A stretch of 64,000 nt of DNA from Tubulanus polymorphus. Its lineage: Eukaryota; Animalia; Nemertea. Under the pieces are notes generated by a model. It had not been told where the DNA came from. It saw only the letters and a list, made by a program, of their open reading frames with translations, and did no database searches. Positions 39,201 through 53,277 of the stretch are shown here, in pieces. A program made the position numbers and the translations under genes. The stretch is taken from the NCBI RefSeq assembly GCF_964204645.1, contig NC_134025.1, positions 11,036,001 through 11,100,000 of the forward strand. The letters are read 5' to 3'. Every line of letters starts with the position of its first letter. Within the stretch, counting starts at the first letter, position 1.

Positions 39201-39891
39201 TCGGCGCGAAGTACACGTTAAAACTGGAGATCTCGAATCGTTTTCGACGACCGGGAGAGTAGGCCGCTTTCATTTAAACCCGTTACACTCGATCTGTCTA
39301 AGTATGTCATTTTCCCGTGCAGAAGCTGCCGACGATGATCGGCAAGTAGACGGATGCACCGAAACCCGTAGCGATTTCTGTCGGCTCTCGAAAGAAATTT
39401 TAGCCATGACTCAAAAGCTTTGAAAATCACTTCAACTGCGTAAAATTCAAATCGCTTTTTCAGAGCGCTCCAGTTACCATAGCAACTCGATACAGGTAGA
39501 ATTTTCCGTGTTGTGACCATCGTCGTCCAACTGGCGAAACGCGGTCGTGTCATGTACACACATTCGTACAAACGTCGCCATTGGAGCTGAAAATTCGACC
39601 TCGGGAACGCGCCGTGGCGATTGATGAACAATCCGCTGACAAAGCCGTCGTTTACTCGAAATAGCGCTTTTCATATCTCAAGTTTTCGCTTTTCTTTAGG
39701 ATTCTTTTTTTTTTAAGTTTACGCTTTAAATAAAATGAGCTTTACATCAGATATATTTGAATTGGTCTTTCATGAACTTGTGTTTAAGTATCTCCAGGTT
39801 TATCCAGACCGAAGATTAAGATCGAAGAGGCTAAGCATTTGGCGCGCAATTTCAGCAAACCGCGTTGAAAAGTTCCTTCGTGAAAAGGTTG

Positions 39892-40105
39892 CAGTGCTGG
39901 AAAACTGAATGTTTTCGGTAACAGATTGAATTTTCTTCTGTAACATTTTATCGAAATATGAAAGAAAATGTTCAAATTGTTCAGTAACGGTAAGAGCCTC
40001 AGTAACATCTTTCATACTTCTGTACGCATCAAACAAATCAAATAAGTATTTTTCGTTATAAAATTCGTAACAAATACTGAAAATCAGGAACAGTTAGCAG
40101 CTCTG
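39892..40105. mobile_element. Repeat family B, near-complete copy (MITE-like, imperfect CAG(A/T)GCTG termini)
   Basis: About 110 bp highly similar to 24-142; ends CAGTGCTG... and ...CAGCTCTG are approximately inverted. Confidence 0.75.
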
Positions 40106-42545
40106 TATTGGTACCACTGCGACATGGCAGTTGAATTCATAATTCAAAAATTTAAAAATTCAAAAATCAGCAACTGCCATCCGAATGTCGAAAGTCCACC
40201 AATGCAAACCGATACAAACAGATCAAGGAATCTTACGGATATCGATCGCTGGTCGACAGAACTTTCGAGAAAAAACATTCGTTGCGATCACGCGGCGGCA
40301 GCGAGGGCACAAGGCGAAGAGAGAATATCTATATACAAATAATCGATGGAAATGAAATTTGAAAAATTGAACAAGATTGAAATTTCATGTTCGCCGATAT
40401 CTCAATGCGCTGTTCTTCGACGAGCGTCTTCGAGTATTGACCCGGTCGCCGCGTCTGATGTGCCGTTCAGCTGTCTGATGAGCGAACCCACATCTCGCCA
40501 CCGTGTCGACGACTAATTACAAAGTTTAGTTCGAAAAACGCCGAACCACTTGCGTCGAACTAGAGAACACAATTAAGACATCGAGTTTATCGTTACTTTG
40601 ATCGTGGCTTTTCCTTCCTTCGTGGTTTTTTTTCCTTACTTCGTAGTAGTATTCCCGAAGACGACTTTTCAAATATAGTCAAATCATTTTTTTGGTCATC
40701 ATTCTGGGATTTTGTACATAATTATCAAGGTCTCGACACTGGTATAGCGTTTTATTAATGGTTATTTTGTCTTAATAATTTTGCAATGAAATATTCATTG
40801 AAACCGTAAACGTAAATACGAGTATGTTCATTGTCCGTTTGTCATATTGTCCTGATATAGTAAAAGATAGTGTATATACATAGACTGAACTTCTATTTCT
40901 ATCTTTTTTCGATCTCGTCGTGGTCATAAATCTACTATCTATTCCAGCCGAGCACAAAGGATTTCTCCGAATACTCGACATTATTTTTAGGCCACGAGTT
41001 AATGTTACAAAATTCACACGAATCGTGGTCAAGACATACATTCGCATTATCGCTGACGGATCGCGTGCGTGATAAGACAAAGGCTCGCGTCGCGTGAAGA
41101 AGAAGAATACTTCGAATTTCCAGCGGCTATTTAAAAATCTTTTTAAAATCCTATGACGAAACGAAGCCTTCACACGTTTGCGAACGAATAGAAAAGCGGC
41201 TTCTTCTTCATCGCGAAAACGAAAACCTTCAAATATGGAATTTCAAATGAGGTTTTATTCACCGCTGACGACCGCCGACCAAAACGCAATTACATCAAAC
41301 AATCCTTTAATGTCTCGGGCCGCGGTGTTTATAGGTTGGAGAGAATTGATTACATTTTTGCGATCGCGACTGCGGCGTGTTCATCGATCGCGACTTCAAT
41401 TTGACCAGGTTTTAAAATGTAAATCAGACGCGGTAATACAGCGGCAGTGGCGCGGCGGCGTACGGAGAGAATTGATCATTTCAGCTATCCCCGGGGGACC
41501 GCGCACCAGGTCTCGCGTATTGTCATGTAAAAAGTGACCCGCGTGATACCCGCCCGAGATGCATTCACACCTTGCCAATTACATACGTAGAAAGAGAGAG
41601 AACACTATCGGCGATGTACTAGTTTTTTCGGTACGAAGGATTGTGCGACGATTTTTCACGAAATTCTCGCCGATCTTGGGTCTTTGTCCGCGGCGGATAA
41701 TATCCGACCTCCGCCGACAATGGAGGCTGCAGTCACGCGGCGTATTTCGTTCAATGGAATAAAACGTCGACAATACGAAAGTCTAAATTAAAATTTTTTT
41801 CATTCGTTCTCCTAATTCGCAGTTGCGGGCGATAAACGCATATATACGATCTCGACGCTATGATTTGCGCGATTATAGAAAATACAGTCCACAGAGTCCG
41901 GGGATGAATACGCTTTGTATAAATGCCGTCCGCGTCTTGTTTTGTTCTTAATAAGAATTTAAAGAAGTCGACAATGAAATATTATAGAAACGAATTCGCA
42001 CGCCGCACAATCTGGGGCCATTTCTTATAAACATCGATGGCGCGCGAGATTTCTCGAGCGCGGCGACGTCTGACAATGCGGAGTTATTTACAAATTGGAC
42101 ATTGCGCTTTTGTGCGCGTTTCGCGCAGCCGGAGATTTGCTCGGGATTCAACGCGGATTACGAAATCGCCACAGGAATGGCATTTCCCGTCGATTGTCAT
42201 ATCAACCGTATCGGTTATTTAACGCCGAAGAATAAGCGTCGGCGAGTTGAAATGTCGCGGACAGTTTTCCTTTTATTGTAACTTGTCAGTGTACGGATAA
42301 TGCCTGACATGTCAATGAATTTCATTAAAAAAAATAAACGAACAACTGACCAACTTAATAAAACAGCGCGCCCCGCACGTGCCCAGTCATAAGATCGCCG
42401 TCGCGAAAAAATTAATGCCGCAATAAAAGCCCTAATTAATTTTCACGATTGCGTTATTGGCGGTGATTGGATTGCCTATAATTTGAGTACAAACGTTAAT
42501 GGATGGAGTTAATATAACATTTTCTTCTTCCAGCTTACTGCTAAA

Positions 42546-42748
42546 CAGGGCTGCGCTATCAGTAATAACAAATTGAACTGATTTGAAGTAATCAACAGTA
42601 TTCACCTCAGTAACATCTTTTGCATGTCTGTACGCCTCAAATAAATCAAATCAGTATTTCCAAAAATATACATAAAGAGGATTTTTGGTATTTCTCATTA
42701 TGAAATAGTAACAAATACTTCAGATCAGGAACAGTCGACATATATCTG
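42546..42748. mobile_element. Repeat family B, diverged copy
   Basis: CCTCAGTAACATCTTT...TCTGTACGCCTCAAA...ATAGTAACAAATACT...ATCAGGAACAGT. Confidence 0.7.
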
Positions 42749-43893
42749 GCTATATGTACGTGCATTCACAAAGGCCTTCCGAGTCCTTCGATTCGCTCGA
42801 ACGGCGATTCAACCTCGCCTCCTCCTCCTCCAACGAGGGCGCGTTAAGATTAGTGCATTTCAATAACGCGCAGCGGCAGCACGTTACTTTTAAAATTGGA
42901 TTTCTTTCTCCGACTAATTTACATGCCTCCGCTTCGGCGTCGTACGGCCGAGCTCGACATATCGACTGAATACCTAATTCATGCGAGTGTGTTACTAATC
43001 ATCTTTCGATGCCCGTGCATATTGAGAATTGTGGTATACAGAGATTCCGACAAGCTAATCGAAACTTGGGGGTCACTCGGAGAAAGTTCGAGCAGTCAGC
43101 GTTAAACACGAGAAAAAAACTTACTTCAGCTACAATATCCGTTATGTACATTAATACTATAAATCCCAATCATTAAGCTTGTTGCAAGAACGGCGATATT
43201 TACTATGCATATATACTACCACGTCCTCCACGTTCTATCCTTTTAGAATATGTCCGACGGAGCTATCGAGCTGGCGCATGTAGCGGAGCTCGATTTTTTC
43301 TCAAAATGACGATTCAAAACATCCGCCGCGGTGTTTTAGTACATACATGTATCATCGGATTGACAGGTTTTCTAAAGAATGAACGGATGGAGTGCGGTTC
43401 ATCTCCTGCATTCACATTGGCTGCATCGGCTCTTTTTGTGAACTTTTAACCTAAACATTCACGCGGATTTAAATATGAAGGCAGCTCCCAAAAGTCAGTG
43501 TCATTAGGCTCCCTCGAACAAAAGCCCCGTTCCGGGGTGCTCGCTATGGTCTACGTATACATACACACGTATATGAAGGAATTATGCGATTTCCCATCAA
43601 AGGCGGAGCTACGAGAAACGAAGAAAATAGACTAGTAAGAAAGCAGTAAGAAAGCGACTAGTTGATCTTTGTTTCGATGCTTTTATCGATGACCTGGCTG
43701 ACAGCGAACCCACAGGTTACGCTGATGGCTCTCGTTTCGTAAAGTTGAGAGAACTATTCAACTAATATCGATGATCTTTTTCGTTTTTTCTTTTCTTCGC
43801 GGAGCAGCGGGAAAACTGACACTGACACCTCAGGCATTCGTTCATGTACGCCGGCAGGCATCTTTAGGATTTAGGATTCAAATATTTAGTGGT

Positions 43894-44007
43894 CAGGGTC
43901 CAGTTCCACAGTTCTGAGTTAAGATTTAACTCTGAGTTAACTGATTGAAAATGAACTAACTTTAACTTAGAGTTAACTCTAACTCACAACTGTGGAACCG
44001 GGTCCTG
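43894..44007. mobile_element. MITE family A copy 2
   Basis: CAGGGTCCAGTTCCACAGTT...AACTGTGGAACCGGGTCCTG TIRs with internal GAGTTAACT palindromes. Degenerate relatives at about 10597, 21335-21380 and 62620-62730. Confidence 0.8.
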
Positions 44008-45169
44008 GTGTTCAAATGCGTTCTTGTGGCAAAGAAATTATACATTGTAAAGTATTTTGATACTTGAACAGCTCTACATCTTCGGTTTACATGGATATAT
44101 AAATCTAGTTGATATAAATTTAGTTCATATAAATCCAGTTCTTATGTTCATGGTTTACCCTACTACCTTGTCAAACGCATCCGCGCCATTTCAATATGTT
44201 CGAGGCCATAACTTCTATATCACAAACTCTTTCAAGCCTATTTAATAGTCGTTTTGATGACGACAATAACGATGACTGAGCGCGTGAAGCCTCCCCGAAA
44301 CCGCAAACAAGAACCACGAGACAGAGGATACAACAAGACCAAAGTGCACGCCGCGGTTTTTTCTGTCATTTTTTTCAAGACGAACCGGCTAAATTTAAAC
44401 GATTCAATGGATATCACGTATAAAAAGCTCTAGACAATATAACATCGTCGTCGTCGAAACCCGAATTAAATGACCCAAGTATACGTATATATAGAATCAT
44501 CGTTACACGTCGTTAGTTCCATTCGAATCGTTTTTTAACGCGTCGGTCGCCGACAGTCGAGAGACCGCAGGACACCCGCGAACACGGCGGCACGCATAGC
44601 GATCCGGACGTGTTGTGACAACAACAACAAAAAAACTCGACGAGCGCGTTCACGCTCGATCGAATTCGCGTATTATTCTCGTTTCGCGAAAAAATGAGAT
44701 CGCGACGGTCCTGGTAGGCCTATAGGGTTTAGGCAGCGGTTAATGACGGTATGGTCATTCATTTTCATGTTTATTTCCATGATTTATCATAAACACGACA
44801 CAAAGCAATTCGATTTTCCCTTTCATGTTTATATATATATATATATATATATACATATATATATAGTTTTTTCCGAGCGTCTCAAGCGTGTCCATACGAG
44901 ATTGTTTTCAGATCGCTACGAACTTGATATTTAATCCCTTATCAATGAACTTTCAGTTATTCTCTCTCATTTTCCAGAAGGTCGCAAGCCGTGGTCCGAG
45001 CATTAACCTAAAATCTATACATCTACGTCGATCATTTTTCGGCGAAACTTGTGACCGAATATATAAATCTATAAATATACGTTAAAGAGGTCGATCATTA
45101 TTTTTCGTCCTCCATTTCTGAACTTCACCACCACGTCCAAACATCAAAGAAATTACGCCACTTTTAGAC

Positions 45170-45322
45170 CAATGTAAGATAGATATATCTTGTATGTGGT
45201 AATCTCGTGCTGTTCTTAGTATTACACTTTGTATGTTTGTCTTCTGTTTGCTGCTTTATTGTATTTTCGTACCGATGATGCTTCGCAACATTAATGGACA
45301 ATAAAGTTATTGAACTGAATTG
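45170..45322 (+). mobile_element. Probable LINE 3'-tail remnant
   Basis: T-rich stretch ending CAATAAAGTTATTGAACTGAATTG; a similar tail (CAATAAAGAATTGAATTGAATTG) lies on the minus strand at about 58288-58310. Confidence 0.35.
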
Positions 45323-45344
45323 TTATACCAAAAGTATGAATCTA

Positions 45345-45572
45345 AGGCTAAATTAATTAATACCTTGTTTCTCATTTCTGCTGAGCTGAAAAGTTTACCA
45401 GGCCAGCTGCTTATCTACCCTGTACATTGCCTTTTCCTAAAATCATGATCAAGCTAAAATCATAACAGACCCACCCGGCAGTTTTAGATACGAACTGATT
45501 ACAAATTTCATCGCAGTTTATATAATGACCGGGGCCGATTAGGAAAAAACAAGGTATCGTTTCGTTTAAGGG
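45345..45572. mobile_element. MITE family C copy 3
   Basis: TACCTTGTTTCTCATTTCTGCT...CCCTGTACATT...CATGATCAAGCTAA...GAACTGATTACAAAT...GGCCGATTAGGA..AAACAAGGTATC, as in copy 2. Confidence 0.8.
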
Positions 45573-46774
45573 TAATAGCGCTATTTCGAGACCACTATCA
45601 GATATAACATATCGCTACTCTATATCCGAGGATGTGTCTTTATCAACGGTGGTAGAAGACTCGTTGTCAACAGACCGTATAATAATAACGGCACAGGCCG
45701 CCGCGAGCTGGTTTCCACAGCTAACCGATGATCAATAACACACCGTACAGGTTATCCATCAAGGAGCATCATAATTTCGCATAATTAATATATTGCTCAG
45801 ATCTCTCGCCAACGTAACACACAACGGCACCAGCGAGCAGCGAGCTGAATAACTATTGCGAGAGCAGGCAGTCCGCCTGAAGCCGTCGTCGTCGTTGTCG
45901 TCATCTTCGTAAGGCTTGACAGTTGTCCGCGTGCGATAAGCCTATATAGAATTAAAACGTCAGGATTTTGCTTGAGCTATTTGACAGTATTCACGTCCAC
46001 AATTGTCATTGTCATTGGGGCCGCCGCCGTCATTTTTAATACTTAATCCGCGATTTTCTATGACCAGATTAGGCCGATCGAAATGACATGAATAGGAGTG
46101 ACAACATCAACGATGACTAGGCGAGAGCGCAGCTTCGGCCAAGGAAACGAGATTAACTTTATCGTTATTCGTATTATTATTCCGAAAAATATGAACTTCG
46201 GAAAATCGTTTTCCGCTATATTGCGCTCGCGCTCGCTTTCAACTCTAAAACCTTGAAACATTTGAAGTCATAACTTATATTTCGGAGCATGTCGAAATTG
46301 TATTCGCCGATGAAGCCCGCCGGATCAAAGAAGGCACGCCTAATTTCAGAAGCCGTAGAAAACAAAACGAAGCTTTTTCGACGAAAAAAAAAACATTCAA
46401 TTCTACTATGTGACACGGCGATAAGCTGACTGCTTCGTTGCGTTTCACGGCGCGTGCGCTTTTTAAAATCGCGATTTAAATGAAATCTTTTCAATGAAAT
46501 TTTGTCGAATTTCGCGAATTCGCTTTGAATGTCGAAGTAGTTCTGAAGCTTCCGTGTTTACCGACTGTGAAACTAAGATTAGACAATATGAGATTTACGG
46601 CGAAGATAAACACCCGTCGTTTTCACCTCTGTTTAACTACGGGTGTTGTTTTCATATTTCGTAAATCTGGTACTTCTTTCGAACGCGAAAAACACACCAC
46701 CGTATTACGTGATATCGTTGATTTCGAGAATTGTAGTTCTTGCATGGCTCTATGATAACGAGGCCTACGACATA

Positions 46775-46940
46775 ACTTCTTTTTCATACCCTCAACCCAT
46801 ACAGTGGCACGTATGACAATATATGTGCTAGACCAGCGAAGAACCTTCAACCAAGAAACTCTACCACCAGGGTTCGAACCTAAAAACCCTGGATTGATGA
46901 GACCAGTGACCGGCAACTTAAACCACTGGGCCACTGCGCC
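46775..46940 (-). mobile_element. tRNA-derived SINE, family 1 copy 1
   Basis: The minus strand starts GGCGCAGTGGCCCAGTGGTTTAAG (A box) ... GGTTCGAACCC (B box), then a non-tRNA body and A-rich tail; a homologue lies at 60542-60735. Confidence 0.75.
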
Positions 46941-48830
46941 TCTCCAACTCTTGATCTCGATTTTTACTTATTCGACGAACATCGCAACAAGCTCGGCCAT
47001 ATCATGGACTCAAAAAAACGAATCCACGCCCCGAACAAAACGATAACGCCGAACTCATAAAATCGGACTCGATTCCAGCCGATGTGAGTACACGACTTTT
47101 CTCAAACGAAAACATCGCTTTATATAGGGGCGAATCAGATACATAGGTCATATTATGCATAACGTACAGCTTGATCATTATTCACGTGACAAAAAAGTGC
47201 ACTCATTTACGGCAAACTACGACCATATGTATGAGTTTTAGAAAGAATCGGCAGAACAATTTCCTGATTCGACACACACTACGCCCGCATATCACGCCCG
47301 ATAGATGGTTAGTTACATAACCGGTACCCAGATATACTGCTGCGCGCATATAGAAAACGAACGAACGCGTTTAAAAAACGTGATCTTCGTCGTTGTAGTC
47401 GCGAATCCACATGTGACTACGCCATTGCCTGCACATTGTCCGGCCCGAAAAAAAAGCTCGTTCAAATAATTAAGGCATGGCAGCCTGTCTGTACATATAT
47501 TTACATTAAATACGACTGACTGCGACAACGACGAAGGGATAGGGATACACCTGTGACATTCACTCTGTATGTTTTTCCGTCCTTTATGTACATCCAGCTT
47601 TGACAGATATTGTACGCCGGTGCTGCTCTAATGATAACGCAAACTCAAACACAGATGATTAGTTCGTCCCGACTATGAATTCAACCTGCTTTAATTATAG
47701 TGAGACCATATAGGTATACATGGCTAGTTTTTAAAATCTTGTCTATAGAGCGAATCTCGCTCGAGCCCGCGACAGGTTTTTAACAGGTTTTATTAAAGAG
47801 GCGACTGAAGAGATTTCAAATGCCGGGACAATGATCGAAAAAATTCCGCTATTGTTAAGTGAGGTACACGCGGAGTGGGCCACGTTGATATGTGGCTGAT
47901 GCTGCCACCTTTTGAACAACGGGCAGAACCATCGGCTCAATGAATTTAAATTCGAATAGGTCATCGGATGCGATTTTTCGAGTGGGATGCTTTACAAGAT
48001 TCTCTATACGTCGGATTAAAACCGCCTTGGGAGAGAGAGAGTGATAGAGAATACTTTTAGAAATGAATTTAGTCGATGAATCACACGCAGATTCTAATTT
48101 CTGATCTATATCAGGACCGCAATTTTCACTCTTACGCCGCAGCGTTTACGTTCGGCGACGAAGAATAACAACGGATATGAGATGTATCATTTTTTTTTCT
48201 CTTAAATATCAATTCATAACTGAAAATATGAAACCAATCAGCGCCAGCATCGTTTCCAATGAAAAGCAATTTCAATAAAAGCATACACTCTCTGATAATG
48301 ATGAAACGGTGACCAACCGCTGCCTAAGACGCGCGCGTTCACAACGTATTCATTGTTAGCACAACAGCGCGCGTGCGGTGCCTCCCCTGACAGAGATTCC
48401 GCAGTCGATTTTAAATCGATTTTAAAACGCGCCACGGAGGGGAGATGGCTGTGTCCTGCAGCATTGAAAATTTTTAATTTTTTAAAGCGGATTGTAATGT
48501 TGGTTCAGATGACTCATGTCGTCGTCGAATTGAAACGTGGCTAAAAGCTCGTTGTTGTCGTCGTCATCGGCGGTACTGCAGCGCATCATCGCACCGACGG
48601 ACCATCGTCAAGCAGTCGAGGCAGCGGACATATTATTAACATCGATATATGAAGTGATTTTTTCATATAAATATTCAAATCAAAGCAATTAGTTACAGAA
48701 AACATTACGCACTACATCCACGGCTATACAGCTGGCCGTGATTAAACACGGTTTTTCATATGATAAATGATTGAAGTGTCCCCCACAGAAAATCGCTATT
48801 AGTCTGAATTAAAAATGTCCGACGATATTC

Positions 48831-48857
48831 AATGCAAGCCCGAATTAGCTTTTATCG

Positions 48858-48891
<34 letters not shown>

Positions 48892-48918
48892 CGATAAAAG
48901 CTAATTCGGGCTTGCATT
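48831..48918. repeat. Perfect ~31-bp inverted repeat flanking a (TA)n tract
   Basis: AATGCAAGCCCGAATTAGCTTTTATCGTATA ... TATACGATAAAAGCTAATTCGGGCTTGCATT, with no mismatches. Confidence 0.95.
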
Positions 48919-51800
48919 ATATATATATATATAAGCGTCAATTTTTTAGCACAAAGCGGAATTTACAATTTTCTCGAACGCTTAAAGTTGGGGTCAGGAG
49001 CGACCACCAATCTTTTTCATTTGTCACGACGTGAACTGGTCAACTTTACCACATCAATGATAAAGCGCAAAATGTCCTCGACAGTCGATGAATTCTTCAT
49101 GAGATCAATCACGGCAAACGCTTTTGCTTTTCGAAGATAGCATTGGGAATATCCGGTGACTCGGCGGCCGAGTAGACCCGAAAACCGGATTGACGTCGAA
49201 GTATACACTGGCGACACGAATCGTTCTCCGATTCTTACACCGATTTCAGCTGTATCGCCGACTGTCAAGATGTCAGCGGTTTTAACAAATGACCATCGGG
49301 GGCCGGGGACGGGATGTACGTACACGGCTTGTGCTTCTTCAACCATTCCGAGTCGCGAGATCCGGAAGTCCATCGAACAGGAACGACAATTCGTATATGA
49401 TGGACTCGACGCTTTACGAATGACCGAGCAGTTTAAACTGGAAATTTACGACAATAATAGATTAGTTCGATTTTCAATTATTATTACGATCCTCGCGGTA
49501 AACCGTAAACCACGCGGACAGATAAAGCAGCCCTCAAGCTCGTACATCTTGCCGTCCGCGCTTCACCGTCAGTTTACATCCTCGCAACATCCTCCCCCGC
49601 CGCCCGGCTGGGATCTGAACCTGATGGCATCGCTAGACTCAGCCACGTCGCGAAACCCTACCACACTAAACCGGGTGCGCAGATACACACGCAGGTTTGC
49701 CGCACGAAAACTTGCGGCACCAATCAGATTGCCCGTTGGATAACCTATAAATGGAAAAACCCAGGCTAAAATAAAAAAGGATTTTTGATTAGCTATAAAT
49801 GACATCATCTAAGCTGCCCATAGGCGCACACGGCCTAGTATGACAGGGAATCGTACCGTGGCGAGTCTCCATGCCACCCGGTTTGAATCCCTGCCGATGG
49901 AGGATGACCTCGCGAGCGGCACATTTCGAGGAATTAAACTTCCAAACTTCCCCACGAATCGCCGGGGATGTATTAAGCGCGTCGTACGGAATTAGTCCTA
50001 AAATGGCACCTCGACACGTGACGAAACATTCGTAAGCGTTAACATTCTCGAACTGTTTTAATAACGCCGACAATCCCTCGACACTGCCCTTTGAGATTTA
50101 TATATTCATTTGAGGTGGTTCATTTAATTAAAATTCTAAATTTCGCAGACGAGTTTTATGTTCGAAGCGCTGCGCGATTGATTGGCGTACGAACGAACGA
50201 ACACGAAGGCGTCAAGTTAAAACCTATTCGAGGCCCCGGTAAAAGAGCCGTTACGTCACACACGGATCCATCGAGTTGTCAAATTCGCGCTCATTAGGCC
50301 TTTATATATAGGCCGCGTAGGTCGCCGCGCGCTCTCCTCTCCTACACGGCGAACGCGAACTGTCAGAAATTTGTCAAAAATTCGATCGCGAAAATTACCT
50401 CATCCTTACATCTTATCCACTGGGGCTGACAATTTGAAAAGTGAGACCTAATCAACGAGACTTTAATTACATTTAAATTCAGCAGTGAATGAAACCGACT
50501 AATTGTCAGTTGACACGCTAAGGCAACCTGCGTCTGTGACTTTTTCCTACTACGTCGTATAGTAATACGCGACGCGCTCGTCGTCTTCACGAAGTCACGA
50601 GTAAACGACTGATAACGAATGCGCGCGCGACGGCGCTGGGGCAAAATATTATATTCCGTAATTTCACTGACTTCACGTAATTTCAATGGCAATGTCGGGT
50701 TTCAATTAAGGATCAACAAACATAATAACTCGCAACGTAATCAGATTGCAGAAGGTACCACGCGGCGGCGGCGAAGACCATACATCCTACATGCGAGGCG
50801 ATAAATTCTCGGGGAGCGTTTCTTCTTCGCTCGGCAAAGGGTTTCGGCGTTTGCTGCGGCAATTAGAAATATGGCTAAACCAGATTCATTAACGCATAGA
50901 TCAAAAACCTTTTGACACGCTTCATCTGACAACGAACGTTAAAAAAAAACAGGTTGTCGGAGTCGTCGATGTAGCCTCTAACCTTCTCTGGGTCTTTTCT
51001 CAAAACTTTTAATATTGCTAGATCTTGTTGTCGCATTCCAGTCATTATAAGCTCGTTGGACTCCTAATACCACGAAACCTGACCCCGACAAAATTCAGAA
51101 AACAAAACAGTGCTGGGCTCGACCAAAGTTGACTTCAGATTTTCCCAATATCGACTTTTCGTCATTGCAACAAAAGAAGATGATTACAAGTTGCGGCTAT
51201 TGCTTGCCCTATAATTCTTTTCCATAGAAGATCAACAAGTCATCATTTCTTGAGAAAAAAAAGAATGAAATCTATGGCGAATCGGGAAAACGAAACGCGG
51301 AATGATGCAATCGCTTAGCATACTAATATGTCCGCAGTCGTAACTGTACGATTTTGCAATACCAGCTTTTGTGAACTCGGGGAGAGACGTTGATCAAACG
51401 ACAGCTGAGTCACAGATATACAGACCGACCAGGATTAACGGAGGAAGGAGAGACATGCACAAACACATTCCAGCGAATAAAAAAAAGACCAGTCTATTAA
51501 TAATAATGAATTGACGAAGAAAGTCCGCTGATTGCTCTATGATTGTTTTGCCGCGGATCTGGCTTGATTACTAGCCAGCCAGCTGCGATGATGACGCCTA
51601 GCACTACGACGAGCGTACAGTATTTCAGCTCGAGCTCTGTATACGGAGTGTATAGCCGCGATCACCGGTGCCAAATCAGGTCCAGAAAAACCGTTCGCAC
51701 AAGTGCCAAATGGGCCTCTGCCTGTATGGCCCTACCAAAAACGTTGGACCTGGCGCAAGCCAAATTTTAGCACGGTCCACCAGCTGCTATGAAGCAATTA

Positions 51801-52040
51801 GCTATGAGGGCTGATATCACTTTTCAGCCTGGCCCAGAGCCTCCAATGCTTTTAAAACTGCTATGAAGGCTGATATCAATCTTCAGCCTGGCCCCAGCCC
51901 CTTCGAAACTTTCAAACCTGCTATGAAGGCTGATATCAATCTTCAGCCTGGCTCCGGACCCTTCCAGACTTTCACAACTGCTATGAAGGCTGATGTCAAT
52001 CTTCGGCCTGGCTCCAGCTCCTTCAGGACCATCAAAACTT
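51801..52040. repeat. Minisatellite, 60-bp unit x ~4
   Basis: CTATGAAGGCTGATATCAATCTTCAGCCTGG.. at 51861, 51921 and 51981, with a degenerate unit at 51802. Confidence 0.9.
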
Positions 52041-53233
52041 TATCACCGTTCTTCTAATGCGTGTCGGGGCTTCGCTTGCGTTTTGGACATAAACTTTGGA
52101 CATTCTTAATCGAAAGTGAACAAACAGATGTGTTATCAAAAATTGGTAGACGTCACACACAACAATGACTAAGGCATGGTTTCAGATTGATGATGCTTGT
52201 ATCAAACAAGAAGCCGGTGAAGATCTATCTATTTTAAGTAGTCACCTACAGTTGTCGGCTTGTATGTGTGTGTGTGTGTGTGTGTGTACACAACAGTGTC
52301 ACATGGATCTTTATTACTGAAAAAATGACTCCCGGCGTCTATTATGAGAAAAGCTACAATATCTCACGTGATAAAGCAAGCGCAGTCATGAAAATATTAC
52401 GCCTACACGATGTATTAAACTATACATAGCTTTCGAATAGCTGTTGAAATTTGGATTTGGAAAAATAAAGTTCACCGTCAACAGCGGAACTGACAGTGTC
52501 AAAGTCGCTCATCATAGTTAGCGATCACTTGAGCGACGCGATGACTTATCTGATGACGACTTAGCCGTGTTTGTGTGTATTGATACTATGGATGAATTGC
52601 AAACTACAGATAAAAAGCTGATGCCCATCAAAGCACTTATGAAAAGCCTTATGACTCCAATTTTGAAAATTTCCATATGTTATCTGCTTAACCTGTATTC
52701 TTTTCAAGTGAATGAGTCAAGTTCAGAATTAATCGAAAACGAACTAATTTCGACCATGTAAAACTAGTTGCTCGTCAAGTCGCTATTTTTGGTGGGATAG
52801 CTGGAATTGCCCCCCCCCCCCGAATACCCAGAGAACATTTTTCTATACACAAATCGATGAAAAGATAAAAGGCGGAATTATTTCAAAATCGGCTGGCGCT
52901 GTTTTCGACGAACAGTGATAAACCAACAATCATCGCAGTCACATTTCGAGTCGGATGAAACCGCGCCAGGTTTCGGCACGGTTTTCAATCGCGTTTTGAT
53001 AGCACGGTTCGTACGTCTAAAAGTCACGACGCTCCTAGTATTTATACGGTTTAAGCCTCCCCACGACGCTATAATCACAAAGCACGGGCATACAACAATA
53101 TGCCGTCACACCGATGCATATTCAAATTTCAAAATTTTTCCGACGAAAAAGTTCAAATTTCAAATTAAAAAGCGCATACATGATATATCATCCTTACGCC
53201 CTGCATTTGACCTACAGATCAAAAAGGCTTATT

Positions 53234-53277
<44 letters not shown>

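Noticed and set aside
12778-46066. Many TGACCA/TGGTCA (BCL11A-binding) hexamers suggesting autoregulation
   Set aside because: A 6-mer is expected dozens of times in 64 kb; I could not show enrichment or clustering by eye.
46850-46940. Possible tRNA gene
   Set aside because: A and B boxes are present, but the acceptor stem does not close and the sequence continues into a body shared with a second copy, so it is a SINE.
49156-49743. 195-aa plus-strand ORF
   Set aside because: No recognisable domain or splice context; consistent with a chance ORF in GC/CpG-rich DNA.
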